A stretch of DNA of 63,470 nucleotides, filler included, from Candidatus Omnitrophota bacterium (GTDB lineage: Bacteria; Omnitrophota; Gorgyraeia; Zapsychrales; JBDRMG01): assembly GCA_043812495.1 (NCBI GenBank). It is 7 parts of 5 records of this genome, joined end to end, with 100 filler letters (N's around TTAATTAATTAA, not from the genome) between each part and the next. Parts side by side here need not be neighbours in the genome. Positions count along the whole stretch, not along the records: positions 6,195 to 28,992 come from JBDRMG010000004.1; 6 more parts are not named here. One strand, given 5' to 3'. Position 1 is the first letter of the stretch. Each line of letters starts with the position of its first letter. Of the stretch, positions 9,568-19,590 are shown piece by piece. Position numbers and translations under genes: made by a program. Below the pieces are notes generated by a model that was given only the letters and a program-made list of their open reading frames with translations, did no database searches and was not told the origin of the DNA.

Positions 9568-9987
9568 ATGAGAAATTACGAGCTGCTCGACCATACTGCT
9601 GATTTAGGATTGCGCGTGTTTGGTGCGGATCTCAAAGAATTATTTAGAAATGCGGCCGAGGTGCTTTTTGATATCATCGCCAAGAAAACGAACTCCAAAC
9701 ATCCGCTTGTCACAACATCGGTTAAAATCGATTTAACGGCGGAAAATATCGACGAGCTTTTTGTGCGGTGGCTTTCGGAGCTAGTTTCTTTGGCGGACTG
9801 CGCACATGTCATCTTTGTTGAATTTGATATTCATGCTATGGGCGAAACACATCTTGAGGCAACCGTTCAAGGAGCTCCCGCTCGACAGTTTACGGGCAAG
9901 CGCGAAATCAAGGCTGTGACCTATTGCAATCTAAAAATTCAAAAGCAAGAGGGCCGCTACATAGCCGAAGTTATTTTTGATGTCTGA
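9568..9987 (+). CDS. Archease (RtcB cofactor)
   Basis: YELLDHTADLG, EIKAVTY, C-terminal IFDV. Confidence 0.93.
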   Translation: MRNYELLDHTADLGLRVFGADLKELFRNAAEVLFDIIAKKTNSKHPLVTTSVKIDLTAENIDELFVRWLSELVSLADCAHVIFVEFDIHAMGETHLEATVQGAPARQFTGKREIKAVTYCNLKIQKQEGRYIAEVIFDV

Positions 9988-11449
9988 TATGGTAACCGAA
10001 CAAATAAAAATTCCTCTAGAGAAAATCGATGATTGCCGCTACCGCATCCCGAAGTCTTTTAAAAAGGGCATGCGCGTAGACGGAATGGTCTATGCGAACG
10101 AAGAACTTTTGAAGGACATCTTCAAGGACAAGGCCATCGAACAAGTGATCAATGCGGCTTTCCTGCCGGGAATCGTTGGCCACTCCATGGCCATGCCGGA
10201 TGTGCATTGGGGTTATGGTTTTCCCATCGGCGGTGTTGCGGCCACAGATTTAAATAACGAAGGCGTAATTTCACCCGGCGGAGTCGGTTTTGATATTAAT
10301 TGCGGCGTGCGCTGCATGCGTTCTGAATTCGTGCTCGATGATATCAAGGATCATGTCCCGACATTGATGAAAGTATTGTTTCGCAATGTTCCTTCCGGCG
10401 TGGGATCAACAGGCAATCTTCGCCTTAAGAAAGAAGACGAAAAAAGACTTTTGCGCGAGGGATCCAAGTGGATCGTGCAAAAAGGATTCGGCACGCAGGA
10501 CGATTTGGAGGCGACGGAAGACGAGGGCGCGATTGCAGGCGCTAACCCCGAGGCTGTATCCGAGCGGGCCTATGCGCGAGGGAAGGATCAGGTCGGAACT
10601 TTAGGGAGCGGAAATCATTTTTTGGAAATCCAGGTGATCGATGAGATTTATGACGAGGACGTTGCCCGGGCTTTGAATCTTTTCAAGAATCAAATCACTG
10701 TGATGATCCATTGCGGCTCGCGGGGTTTAGGGCATCAGATTTGCGATGATTACTGTCGCATCATGGACCAGGCGATGAGAAAGTATTTGATTTCTATGCC
10801 GGATCGGCAGCTCGCGTGCGCGCCCGTCAAGTCCCGGGAAGGAACGGATTATTTGGGGGCCATGCGCTGTGCGGCCAATTATGCTTGGGCCAACCGTCAG
10901 TTGATTATGCACAAGGTGCGCGAATCTTTCGAAGCAGTTTTTAAGAAAAGCTGGACAAACATGGGATTACAATTGGTCTATGATGTGGCCCACAATATTG
11001 CTAAAATTGAAAAGCACGATGTCGACGGTCAGGGCCTGTCTCTGTGCGTTCATCGCAAAGGCGCGACGCGGGCTTTTCCTCCCGGTCATCCGGCGTTAGC
11101 GAAACGTTATCAGGCAATCGGACAGCCGGTGATTATCCCCGGCGATATGGGACGAAATTCCTATTTGCTTGTTGGGCAAGAAAGCGGGGCCGAAACATTT
11201 TATTCCTGCTGTCACGGGGCCGGACGGGTAATGTCGCGTATGCAGGCCAAAAAAAGATTTCATTACGGAGATATCATCAAAGATCTAAAAGCCAAAGGTA
11301 TTACACTTGAAGCCCAATCGGCCAAGACGGTGACCGAAGAGGCGCCTCTTGTCTACAAGGATGTTACGGAGGTTGTCGGCGTTGTGCAAAAAGCCGGTTT
11401 AGCCAAGAAGGTCTGCCGGATGCGCCCATTGGGTGTTATGAAAGGATAA
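9980..11449 (+). CDS. rtcB: RNA ligase RtcB
   Basis: [44 protein letters not shown]. Confidence 0.96.
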   Translation: MSDMVTEQIKIPLEKIDDCRYRIPKSFKKGMRVDGMVYANEELLKDIFKDKAIEQVINAAFLPGIVGHSMAMPDVHWGYGFPIGGVAATDLNNEGVISPGGVGFDINCGVRCMRSEFVLDDIKDHVPTLMKVLFRNVPSGVGSTGNLRLKKEDEKRLLREGSKWIVQKGFGTQDDLEATEDEGAIAGANPEAVSERAYARGKDQVGTLGSGNHFLEIQVIDEIYDEDVARALNLFKNQITVMIHCGSRGLGHQICDDYCRIMDQAMRKYLISMPDRQLACAPVKSREGTDYLGAMRCAANYAWANRQLIMHKVRESFEAVFKKSWTNMGLQLVYDVAHNIAKIEKHDVDGQGLSLCVHRKGATRAFPPGHPALAKRYQAIGQPVIIPGDMGRNSYLLVGQESGAETFYSCCHGAGRVMSRMQAKKRFHYGDIIKDLKAKGITLEAQSAKTVTEEAPLVYKDVTEVVGVVQKAGLAKKVCRMRPLGVMKG

Positions 11450-11453
11450 CGCG

Positions 11454-12737
11454 ATGCTTGATTTTAAATTTATTCGGGAAAATGCGGATGCCATGAGGCG
11501 CGCTCTCATTGCGCGCAAGCTTGAAAATGGATGCGTGGACGAATTTCTGGAACTCGACGAACAAAGGCGCAAGATTTTATCTCAGCAGGATGATCTGCGC
11601 AGTAAAAAGAACGCGGCCAACGATGAGATCAGTCAGATCATCAAAGAGAAGAAAGATCCCAAGGGCAAGATTTCAGCCATGAAGGCGGTCTCTGACAAGA
11701 TTAGCTCATTGGACCCTCAGGCCAAAGACATCGCGAAGAAGATCGAATCGATTTTGATTAATATCCCCAATATGCCCCATGTGTCCGTGCCGGTAGGGCC
11801 GCCGCAGAATAATAAGGAAATAAGAAGCTGGGGCGAACCCAATAAAGTTGATTTTAAGCCCAAAACGCATATTGAGCTTGGAGAAGACCTGGATATCATT
11901 GATTTTAAGGGCGCGGCCAAAATTTCAGGGTCGAATTTTATTGTTTACAAAGGCGCCGGGGCCCGGCTTGAGCGTTCGCTTTGGAGTTTTATGCTGGATG
12001 TGCACACCAAAGAACATGGATTTACAGAAATATTTCCGCCTGTCCTCGTGAATCGCGCGTCGATGACCGGGACCGGCCAGCTTCCCAAAATGGAAGAGGA
12101 TATGTACCGTCTGAAGGACGACGATTTATTTTTGATTCCGACGGCGGAGGTGCCGGTCACGAATCTTCTTCGCGATGAAATCCTGGAAGAGGATCAGCTG
12201 CCGATTTATTATGCGGCCTATAGCCCTTGTTTTCGCCGCGAAGCAGGATCTTACGGCAAGGACACCAAAGGATTGATCCGCGTTCATCAGTTTGACAAAG
12301 TTGAAATGGTGAAATTCGTCAGACCCGAAGGGTCATATCAGGAATTGGAATCGCTCGTCTGTTGCGCCGAAAAAGTTTTACAGCTTTTGGGACTCGCTTA
12401 TCGCGTGGTTGTTTTGGCGACGGAAGATCTGAGCTTTGCTTCGGCCAAGACCTACGATTTGGAGGCGTATGCGGCCGGATTCGGCAAATGGCTTGAGGTC
12501 TCAAGCTGTTCGAATTTTGAAGATTTTCAGGCCCGGCGCGCAAGCATCCGTTTTCGCGAAAAAAAGACCAGGAAAATCAAATACGTTCATACCCTTAACG
12601 GCTCAGGTGTTGCGCTGGCAAGGACCATGGTCGCGATCTTAGAGAATTATCAGACCGAAGAAGGCGAAGTTATTATCCCCGAAGTCCTGCGACCGTATAT
12701 GGACGGGAAAGAAAAATTGATCAAACCAACATCCTAG
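11454..12737 (+). CDS. serS: Serine--tRNA ligase
   Basis: [40 protein letters not shown]. Confidence 0.97.
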   Translation: MLDFKFIRENADAMRRALIARKLENGCVDEFLELDEQRRKILSQQDDLRSKKNAANDEISQIIKEKKDPKGKISAMKAVSDKISSLDPQAKDIAKKIESILINIPNMPHVSVPVGPPQNNKEIRSWGEPNKVDFKPKTHIELGEDLDIIDFKGAAKISGSNFIVYKGAGARLERSLWSFMLDVHTKEHGFTEIFPPVLVNRASMTGTGQLPKMEEDMYRLKDDDLFLIPTAEVPVTNLLRDEILEEDQLPIYYAAYSPCFRREAGSYGKDTKGLIRVHQFDKVEMVKFVRPEGSYQELESLVCCAEKVLQLLGLAYRVVVLATEDLSFASAKTYDLEAYAAGFGKWLEVSSCSNFEDFQARRASIRFREKKTRKIKYVHTLNGSGVALARTMVAILENYQTEEGEVIIPEVLRPYMDGKEKLIKPTS

Positions 12738-12746
12738 AGGTTACCC

Positions 12747-13349
12747 ATGAAGGAAAAATTCCTTATCGTCTTAAAATTTATTATTTTTGTTTGCCTGATC
12801 CCGGTTGTGATAGCCGCCACAAGAGGTTTTGTGGAGCAAATGAGCAGTATCCCCGATGTCTTGCGCGCGTTCTTCTTGTGGGGGATATTTGTCTATATCT
12901 TTGTTCATGTTTTTATTTGTGAACCGAAAGAACTCTATGCGTATGGGCAAAAAATTGTTTCGCAAATCTTCAGGTTTTTTGCGCCGCTTGTGGAAGTCGC
13001 GCCGTATTTCCTGCCGATTTACGCGATCCTTCTTTTGATCATATTTTATTTTGTAGTGTTGATTTTTAAAGCCGGCGAATACGGCCGGTATTTTATGTTT
13101 ATGCTGAGTTTCTTTTTGACCATGCATTTTACCTTTACGGCCAAGCAATTGCGCGCGAAAGAAGAGAATGCCCTGAAACCGAATTATTTCTTCTCGATAT
13201 CGATTATTTACATTGCTAATATTGTACTGCTTTCTCTTTTTCTGGATTTGATTATCGACAGCTTTTCGTTCGTTGAGCTTTTCACGGCCATCACCCGGCA
13301 GACCGAAGGGATTTATTCGACAATATTTCATCAGTTGTTCTTGTCATGA
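12747..13349 (+). CDS. Hypothetical membrane protein
   Basis: Several TM helices, APYFLP motif, in the serS operon. Confidence 0.6.
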   Translation: MKEKFLIVLKFIIFVCLIPVVIAATRGFVEQMSSIPDVLRAFFLWGIFVYIFVHVFICEPKELYAYGQKIVSQIFRFFAPLVEVAPYFLPIYAILLLIIFYFVVLIFKAGEYGRYFMFMLSFFLTMHFTFTAKQLRAKEENALKPNYFFSISIIYIANIVLLSLFLDLIIDSFSFVELFTAITRQTEGIYSTIFHQLFLS

Positions 13350-13562
13350 AATTGACAATCGCTTGGTTTAATGGTAGGATTTGGCGGATTATTGATATTT
13401 AAGCATTAGGATTAAAGATGCTGGGCTCAGCCTCGCCCAAGGCAGGGCTGAGCCTCGACAAATAGGCATATAAAAGAATATAAGGGACCGGCGCCCTGCC
13501 TTACGGCAGGGCGGTGAGTCTCGGCAATTTTTTAGCAGTATTGAAGATTAGGAAAAATTGCC

Positions 13563-13734
13563 GGAGAAGTGGCAGCCCGTCATTCCGTTTTCGCGGAATG
13601 ACGAGGTCTCGGCGAATTTGCATTACAAATTCGCCGGAAGTGGTAGTTCGCCCATTCAAAATTTGTAATTTTAAATGGGCGAGATCTCGCCATTTCGTCT
13701 TTTGACGAAATGGCGGAAATGCGACGGTCTCGAA
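13563..13734 (+). pseudogene. tRNA-Ser 5' half (anticodon CGA) split by two double-hairpin insertions
   Basis: 13563-13575 + 13639-13646 + 13718-13734 join to GGAGAAGTGGCAGAGTGGTAGAATGCGACGGTCTCGAA, 35/38 identical to 13781-13818. Confidence 0.85.
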
Positions 13735-13780
13735 CCCCGCACCAATTCTTGTTATTTGATTTTTATGCAATAAGAAGTTT

Positions 13781-13869
13781 GGAGAAGTGGCAGAGTGGTT
13801 GAATGCGGCGGTCTTGAAAACCGTTAGGGGCCGTGAGGTTCCTCGAGGGTTCGAATCCTTCCTTCTCCG
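13781..13869 (+). tRNA. tRNA-Ser(UGA), no encoded CCA
   Basis: GGAGAAG/CTTCTCC acceptor stem, CT-TGA-AA loop, long variable arm, GTTCGAATC T-loop, G discriminator. Confidence 0.95.
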
Positions 13870-13994
13870 TTCTTCTTCGCTCAAACACTTTCATGTTTGA
13901 GCTTCGAAGCAACGTCATCCTTTTAAAAGAGCGGAGAAGAACGTTTCTGCGAAGCGCATACCATATTTTAGTATTAAAGCGCGAAGCAGAACGC
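13868..13994. mobile_element. Cargo-less tRNA 3'-end CGAAG element
   Basis: IR 13868-13882 / 13929-13943 (14/15), then a hairpin at 13945-13994 nearly identical to 24082-24132. Confidence 0.75.
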
Positions 13995-14174
13995 TATTTT
14001 TAACATTTGATCGGAAATGACCTTCTCAAAAGAAGACATTTCTATTTTGCCTTGAACTCAAAAATTTTTCTTGCCAGAAAGGCTGATCAGTAATAAAATA
14101 GTGCACACTTGACACTTAACATCCCAAAGGCGGTGATGTGTATGTGCATTGTATATAAAAAAATTGAGAAATTT

Positions 14175-14212
14175 AAAAGCCCATGAATGCAATCTATTCA
14201 TGGGCTTTTTTT
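14175..14212 (+). terminator. Intrinsic terminator upstream of the cheD-like gene
   Basis: aaaagcccatgaat...attcatgggc followed by a T-run. Confidence 0.7.
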
Positions 14213-14257
14213 ATACTCAAGCTGATACAACGCGCAGGATCCGGAAAGGGGGCATAA

Positions 14258-14710
14258 ATGAAAAGATACATTGATGTGCACACCGGAGAGATCATGGCCG
14301 GCCGAGGAGAGGTGATCTTAAAATCCGATTGCAGAAGCGCCTGTTTGGTGATTGCGGCCTACGATGCCGAAAATAAAATCGGTGGATTAGCCCATGCATT
14401 TTTCTCAAAAGGAAAATATGCCGGAAAGCAGAGTTATACCAGGATTCTAGATACCAGCGGCGCCATTGAAAAAATGATCGAAGACATGTCTTTTTTGGGC
14501 GCGCATAAAGAATGTATCGAGATTTGTCTTGTGTCCGCCGAGAATGTCCCCCATGAACCTCATGATCTGGAGTATGATCACAACATTGCTAAAGTCATTG
14601 ATCTTTTGAGGCAAAAACATATCCGATTTAGGGATGATTCCAGCACCGATATCGGAAATCATCATGTGGCGCTTGATGTGGGATCAGGCAGTGTTTTGTC
14701 GGTCAATTAA
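14258..14710 (+). CDS. cheD: CheD-like glutamine deamidase (orphan)
   Basis: IDVHTGEI, C-LVIAAYD...IGGLAH with the catalytic Cys/His positions present, DIG near the C-terminus. Confidence 0.7.
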   Translation: MKRYIDVHTGEIMAGRGEVILKSDCRSACLVIAAYDAENKIGGLAHAFFSKGKYAGKQSYTRILDTSGAIEKMIEDMSFLGAHKECIEICLVSAENVPHEPHDLEYDHNIAKVIDLLRQKHIRFRDDSSTDIGNHHVALDVGSGSVLSVN

Positions 14711-14792
14711 TCAATTTTGAGAAGGCTTCATTGACATTTATTTTCTGGACAAGAAATTTATAGAGTAGAAATGTGAAAAGAGGAAAGGCGAA

Positions 14793-16742
14793 ATGGAGGC
14801 AAAATTGAAACGAAATGTAATTTTGGTGGGGCATGCCCATTGCGGAAAGACATCCTTAGCGGAAAGCCTTTTATTTGCAAGCGGAACAACATCACGCAAA
14901 GGGGATGTGATGAAAGGCAACACCGTGAGCGATTACAATGACGATGAAATCGAACGGCAGATTTCCATCAATGCCAGTTTTATGAACTGTGAATATCAAG
15001 CTCATCGGATTCAGCTGATTGACACGCCCGGGTATGCTGATTTTGTAGGAGAGACGGTTGCCGCCTTAAGCATCGCGGATGCTGCTATTGTCGTCGTGGA
15101 TGCGGTTCATGGTGTAGAGGTCGGAACGGAAGACGTCTGGGAGCGCTTGGAAGCGCGCAAAATACCCAGGATTATTTTTATCAATAAAACGGATAAGTCC
15201 GATGCGAATGTGCCGGAAGCCGTCAAGTCGATCCAGGAACAGCTATCCAAGAAAGCGGTCGTTCTTGATTTGGCGTCGAGCGCATTTGTCGAATCTGTTG
15301 CCGAAACGGACGATCATCTCATCGAGGAATATCTTGAATCCGGCAGCCTCCCCGAACAAGAGGTGAAGGATGCTCTACGCAAAGCCGTTATCCAGGGCAA
15401 GATTTTTCCGATTCTTAAAGGAAGCGCAGCCAGCGATGAAGGCATTAAGGAAATACTGGAGTTGATCATCGCTTATCTGCCGTCACCCCTCGAGCGCCAA
15501 CCGTTTGCTATCAAGGATTCCTCAAGCGATGAAATCAAGACCTTGATTCCGTCTGAAGATGGGCCCTTCGCGGCTTACGTTTTTAAGTCTATGTTTGATC
15601 CTCATTTAGGACAGTTATCCTTAGCTAGGGTCCTTCGCGGACATTTGGCGTCCAACGCCTCTTTCACTAATGTCAATAAATCAAGCAAAGAAAGCATTAG
15701 TTCGCTTGCGATGCTGCAGGGAAAAGAACAGCGCAATATCAGCGAGGCCGGTGTGGGCGATATTATCGCGTTGACAAAATTAAAGAACACAACCGTTTGC
15801 GACACCTTAGCGGACGATAAAGAAAAGATTAAGCTGAATCCGACCATCTTTCCCGAACCGTCCATATCGGCGTCGATTAGGCCCAAAACCAGGGCCGACG
15901 AAGATAAGATTTCATCAAGTTTAAGCCGGTTGTGCGAAGAGGACCAAACCTTCAAGGTCAGTCGCGATACCGAAACGAAAGAACTGATCATTTCGGGAAT
16001 CGGCGATCTTCATTTGAAAGTTAAGCTCGATCGCATGAAAAATCGATACCATGTCGATGTGGATTTGGGAACACCCAAAGTTTCCTATCGCGAAGCCATC
16101 AGCAAGAAGGGTCATGCCCGACATAAATACAAGAAGCAATCGGGCGGACGCGGGCAATACGGCGATGTTGAGCTTGAAGTGGAACCTCTGCCGCGCGACG
16201 GTGAGCCATATGAATTTGTCAACAAAATATTTGGAGGCGCCATTCCGCGCAATTACATTCCGAGCGTGGAAAAGGGTGTCCATAAGGCTGTTTCCGAAGG
16301 TACTTTGGCCGGATATCAGCTGACCAATATTCGCGTGACTGTCGTCGATGGTTCTTATCACGAGGTAGATTCATCCGATATGGCTTTTCAGATTGCAGGC
16401 GCGCTCGCCTTCAAGGAAGCCGTGAAAACCGCCAATCCGGTCCTTCTTGAGCCTATTATGAATGTGAGCATTGTGATTCCGGATGAATTTATCGGGCAGA
16501 TCACAGGCGACATTAGTTCTCGGCGAGGGAAATTGATGGGTTCGGAAGCCAAGGGAAAAAATCAGGTGATTAAGGCTCAGGTTCCCTTATCAGAAATGTT
16601 TAAATACGCGACGGATCTTCGCTCCTTGACCGGCGGACGCGGCAGTTATTCCATGAAATATTCTCATTACGAACCGACACCGGCAAAAATCACACAGCAA
16701 GTGGTCGCGCAAAAACAGGCTGAAAAAGAAGAAGCGAAGTAA
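14793..16742 (+). CDS. fusA: Elongation factor G paralogue (EF-G2-like)
   Basis: GHAHCGKT, ERQISI, DTPG, NKTD, KQSGGRGQYG, DGSYHEVDSS; the P-loop differs from canonical AHIDAGKT. Confidence 0.9.
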   Translation: MEAKLKRNVILVGHAHCGKTSLAESLLFASGTTSRKGDVMKGNTVSDYNDDEIERQISINASFMNCEYQAHRIQLIDTPGYADFVGETVAALSIADAAIVVVDAVHGVEVGTEDVWERLEARKIPRIIFINKTDKSDANVPEAVKSIQEQLSKKAVVLDLASSAFVESVAETDDHLIEEYLESGSLPEQEVKDALRKAVIQGKIFPILKGSAASDEGIKEILELIIAYLPSPLERQPFAIKDSSSDEIKTLIPSEDGPFAAYVFKSMFDPHLGQLSLARVLRGHLASNASFTNVNKSSKESISSLAMLQGKEQRNISEAGVGDIIALTKLKNTTVCDTLADDKEKIKLNPTIFPEPSISASIRPKTRADEDKISSSLSRLCEEDQTFKVSRDTETKELIISGIGDLHLKVKLDRMKNRYHVDVDLGTPKVSYREAISKKGHARHKYKKQSGGRGQYGDVELEVEPLPRDGEPYEFVNKIFGGAIPRNYIPSVEKGVHKAVSEGTLAGYQLTNIRVTVVDGSYHEVDSSDMAFQIAGALAFKEAVKTANPVLLEPIMNVSIVIPDEFIGQITGDISSRRGKLMGSEAKGKNQVIKAQVPLSEMFKYATDLRSLTGGRGSYSMKYSHYEPTPAKITQQVVAQKQAEKEEAK

Positions 16743-16769
16743 CATTCTCTTGTTATAAAACGCCACGGG

Positions 16770-16808
16770 TAAAACGGCCCGCCAGTGAATCATTGGCGGG
16801 CCGTTTTA
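16770..16808. terminator. Bidirectional terminator-like hairpin built on the ccgcca-tgaatca-tggcgg repeat
   Basis: taaaacggcccgcca...tggcgggccgtttta between convergent genes. Confidence 0.7.
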
Positions 16809-16819
16809 TATCAATAAAA

Positions 16820-17980
16820 TTATGACCTTGAGATTTTCGTTTTGAGAAAAGACACGATCTGCGACCATCCTTGCGCTGAAAGAATGGCTATAAAAGGCAT
16901 CATGGGAACGCGGAAACGGCTTCCCACGAGCCACAAAGCCCCGATGCAAGAAGATAGGATAAAATACAAAACAACGATGATCAGAAACTGATCATTCGGA
17001 TTACGCCAACCTTTTTTAATCCCGATTACTAATCCTGCCAGCCAGAAGGTGATCCATGGATAGCTAAATATTTTACCGGCCGTTTTTAACCAGGGTGCTT
17101 TGAAATATTTGAATGAAGCAGGCCGCGTCATCAAAGACATAAATGAACGAGAAGAAACATTCAGATAATACAGCGGAGGCGACATGCCTTGCGTATAAGG
17201 ATCCTCATTTTTTGCGTAGCTATGCATCAAGCCGCTGGCTAAAAGCGTCGAATCAATAGCCGCGCAGAAAGTTTTCTGATGGGTCGCGCGGTTATTTCTG
17301 TATTGCCATAGCCCAAGAAAACTATAAAGAACAATGAGAAAAATGAGCATACCCGTAAAAGATTTCAAAACTTTGTTTCTTTTAAAATCAAGAGCAAAGA
17401 ATATCAGCAAGAAATACCCCAGATAAAAGCTGATCGGCCGGATATACGTTGCCAAGACAAGGCATAGCGACGAGATAAGCAGGATAAGAATTTTCCTGTT
17501 CCGAATATAATGGATAAATGAAACTAAAAAGAGAACAAGGCAAAACATAAATAAGGTTTCGGACAATAGCAGTAGGGCAAACAAATTGATCGCCGGATCA
17601 AAGAGCATGATCAGGGCGCTTAAAGGCGCAATCCGAGGATTCATCAAAAGGACAACCACATAAACCATCCAAGCCACACATAGCGTTAGAAAAATCTGTA
17701 AAAGAATGATTCCCCAAAAAGGCAATCCGAGTCCTTCACGCAGAAAGCCAAGGAAGGCAGGATATCCGGGCGTGCGATATGTCTCTGGCTGAAAATTACC
17801 ATCCTGATCTTTGATGGCAAAAACACCGTCGCGCATGAGGGATGTGCCTGTTTGAAGATAACGCCAGGAATCGTTCTGAAATTTGGCTTGCGGCTCATGA
17901 ATTTCGGCAAAGACAAAAAGAAACATTTTGAGGCATATGGCCAGAGAGATGAGCAAGAAGAATGTTGAGCGCTTAATCAT
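16820..17980 (-). CDS. GT-C-like membrane glycosyltransferase
   Basis: DS..Y, RTPGYP.FL, SETLF, IRP, RFRVP motifs and many TM helices. Confidence 0.75.
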   Translation of the reverse strand: MIKRSTFFLLISLAICLKMFLFVFAEIHEPQAKFQNDSWRYLQTGTSLMRDGVFAIKDQDGNFQPETYRTPGYPAFLGFLREGLGLPFWGIILLQIFLTLCVAWMVYVVVLLMNPRIAPLSALIMLFDPAINLFALLLLSETLFMFCLVLFLVSFIHYIRNRKILILLISSLCLVLATYIRPISFYLGYFLLIFFALDFKRNKVLKSFTGMLIFLIVLYSFLGLWQYRNNRATHQKTFCAAIDSTLLASGLMHSYAKNEDPYTQGMSPPLYYLNVSSRSFMSLMTRPASFKYFKAPWLKTAGKIFSYPWITFWLAGLVIGIKKGWRNPNDQFLIIVVLYFILSSCIGALWLVGSRFRVPMMPFIAILSAQGWSQIVSFLKTKISRS

Positions 17981-18078
17981 TGCTGTATTGTAAATCAGGG
18001 TTTCTCAAGACGCAAGATAAACAAAAAGTTGATCTTTCTCTCACGCTTTACGGTATTGACTTTGTGAGCGTTTTGCAT

Positions 18079-18263
18079 TATTCTACTTCGCATAAGCAAC
18101 AAAAAAGATGGTATATGTCCTTCTTCGTCCGCCATTGTTTCATTGGCGGACTTCGAAGGATTCCTCCGTAGTGTTAGCGAAGGAGAACTTCGTAGAATAT
18201 TCTTGTCTGAATAATTCTCCGAAGCCTATACCATTGCTTAATATTAATAAGGCGAAGGAGAAT
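18079..18263. repeat. Cluster of nested CGAAG-family elements
   Basis: tattctac-ttcg...cttc-gtagaata 18079-18199 with nested copies; attctcc-gaag...cgaa-ggagaat 18214-18263. Confidence 0.8.
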
Positions 18264-18285
18264 AACATCCAAAAGAGGTTTTCAA

Positions 18286-18555
18286 ATGATACGCGCAACA
18301 AAAGATTTTATCCTTCTTCATGTTTGTCTGCTCGCATGGGCGGTCATGGCTGCCGGTCATCTTTTCGGAGATTTTGGATCACGGTCATTCCGCTCAAGAG
18401 ACCAGCGCCTTAATTTCTTTCTTAAAGAACGATTCGATGACAAGAGGTGTTATGTCCGATGGTTGAAACGGTTTTATATGATCTGTTCGGTAATCATTCT
18501 TCTTATTTATACAAAATTATTGGCGGTCATCATTAAGGCGGTTCCTGGGCCATGA
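18286..18555 (+). CDS. Hypothetical small membrane protein
   Basis: GAGG RBS, two hydrophobic segments, ATGA overlap with the next gene. Confidence 0.5.
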   Translation: MIRATKDFILLHVCLLAWAVMAAGHLFGDFGSRSFRSRDQRLNFFLKERFDDKRCYVRWLKRFYMICSVIILLIYTKLLAVIIKAVPGP

Positions 18556-19487
18556 GGGTGCTCATGATAAAATCAAAGTATGGCGCTTTGGCTCTTTTTT
18601 TATTTTGCGCAATGAGCTGCTCTGCGCAGACACGCGAAGGTATTCATAGGGAATTTGATCAAAACGGCCGATTGATATCCGAGAGCACTTATGTAAACGG
18701 AAAGCTTAACGGCCCCAAGAAAGAGTATTATCTCGACGGAACTCTCAAGAGCTTTGGGGTCTATCGCAACGAACAAATCGACGGTTGGTTTGAAAAATAT
18801 TATGAAAACGGAAATCTCAAAGGGCGATATGCCTACAAAAAGGGCAAGCAGCACGGAGCTTCTTATGAGTATTATGCAAGCGGACAGCTCGAGCGCGAAG
18901 CTCATTTTTATAAAGGAAAATCCAATGGACCCATTCGCTCTTATTATGAGAACGGTAACCCCAAAGGTGAAGCTTTCACAAGTGATGACAAATTAGAAGG
19001 CATCATTAAAGAATATTATGAAAATGGAGAAATCAAAAGCGAAACAAAAGTGCTCAACGGTATGCTCGACGGTCCGACCAAAGAATATTATGAAAACGGA
19101 AATCTCCGGCGTGAAGCGGATTTTGAGAATGACAAGGCCGAAGGGTTGATCAAGACTTACTATGAGAGCGGTCACTTAAGCGGCGAAGCTCAGAGTCACG
19201 ACAATCAACTAGATGGACTTGTCAAAGAGTATTTTGAAACAGGGCAGGTCAAAGCTATCTCTACTTTTAAAGCAGGTAAAAGAGAGGGCCCTTTCAAGGA
19301 ATTTTTTGATGACGGCCAGGTTAAAAAAGAGGCTTTCTTCAAAGAGGATAAAGTTTTGGGTCTTAGCCGCGTTTATTATGAGAATGGCTCCATCAAACTG
19401 GAGGATCATTACAAAGACGGAGAGATTGATCACCGCAAGGTTTACGATACGCAAGAGCACTTGATGACTCAGAGAAAATTTGAATGA
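18552..19487 (+). CDS. Secreted MORN-variant repeat protein (YwqK-like)
   Basis: Signal peptide and about 11 tandem 24-aa G..KEYYENG.L..E repeats. Confidence 0.88.
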   Translation: MRVLMIKSKYGALALFLFCAMSCSAQTREGIHREFDQNGRLISESTYVNGKLNGPKKEYYLDGTLKSFGVYRNEQIDGWFEKYYENGNLKGRYAYKKGKQHGASYEYYASGQLEREAHFYKGKSNGPIRSYYENGNPKGEAFTSDDKLEGIIKEYYENGEIKSETKVLNGMLDGPTKEYYENGNLRREADFENDKAEGLIKTYYESGHLSGEAQSHDNQLDGLVKEYFETGQVKAISTFKAGKREGPFKEFFDDGQVKKEAFFKEDKVLGLSRVYYENGSIKLEDHYKDGEIDHRKVYDTQEHLMTQRKFE

Positions 19488-19590
19488 ATGATGAACCCGG
19501 ACAAAAGATGATTCTTCAAGTGTTTGACAGATAATAGGTTATGCAGTACGATAAACGCCTGGACAGAGAATAATATTTGAAAATATTATA

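Noticed and set aside
13501..13884. ORFs overlapping tRNA loci (13501-13884, 13514-13705, 19866-20099, 19983-20219, 23531-23755, 23562-23801)
   Set aside because: Chance frames over tRNAs and palindromes with no protein motifs.
18108..18413. ORF starting MVYVLL as another GIY-YIG remnant
   Set aside because: The match is only about five residues and lies in repeat sequence; there is no YxG motif.
18640..19450. Periodic tattatgaaaacgg repeats
   Set aside because: Explained by the encoded MORN-variant protein repeats.
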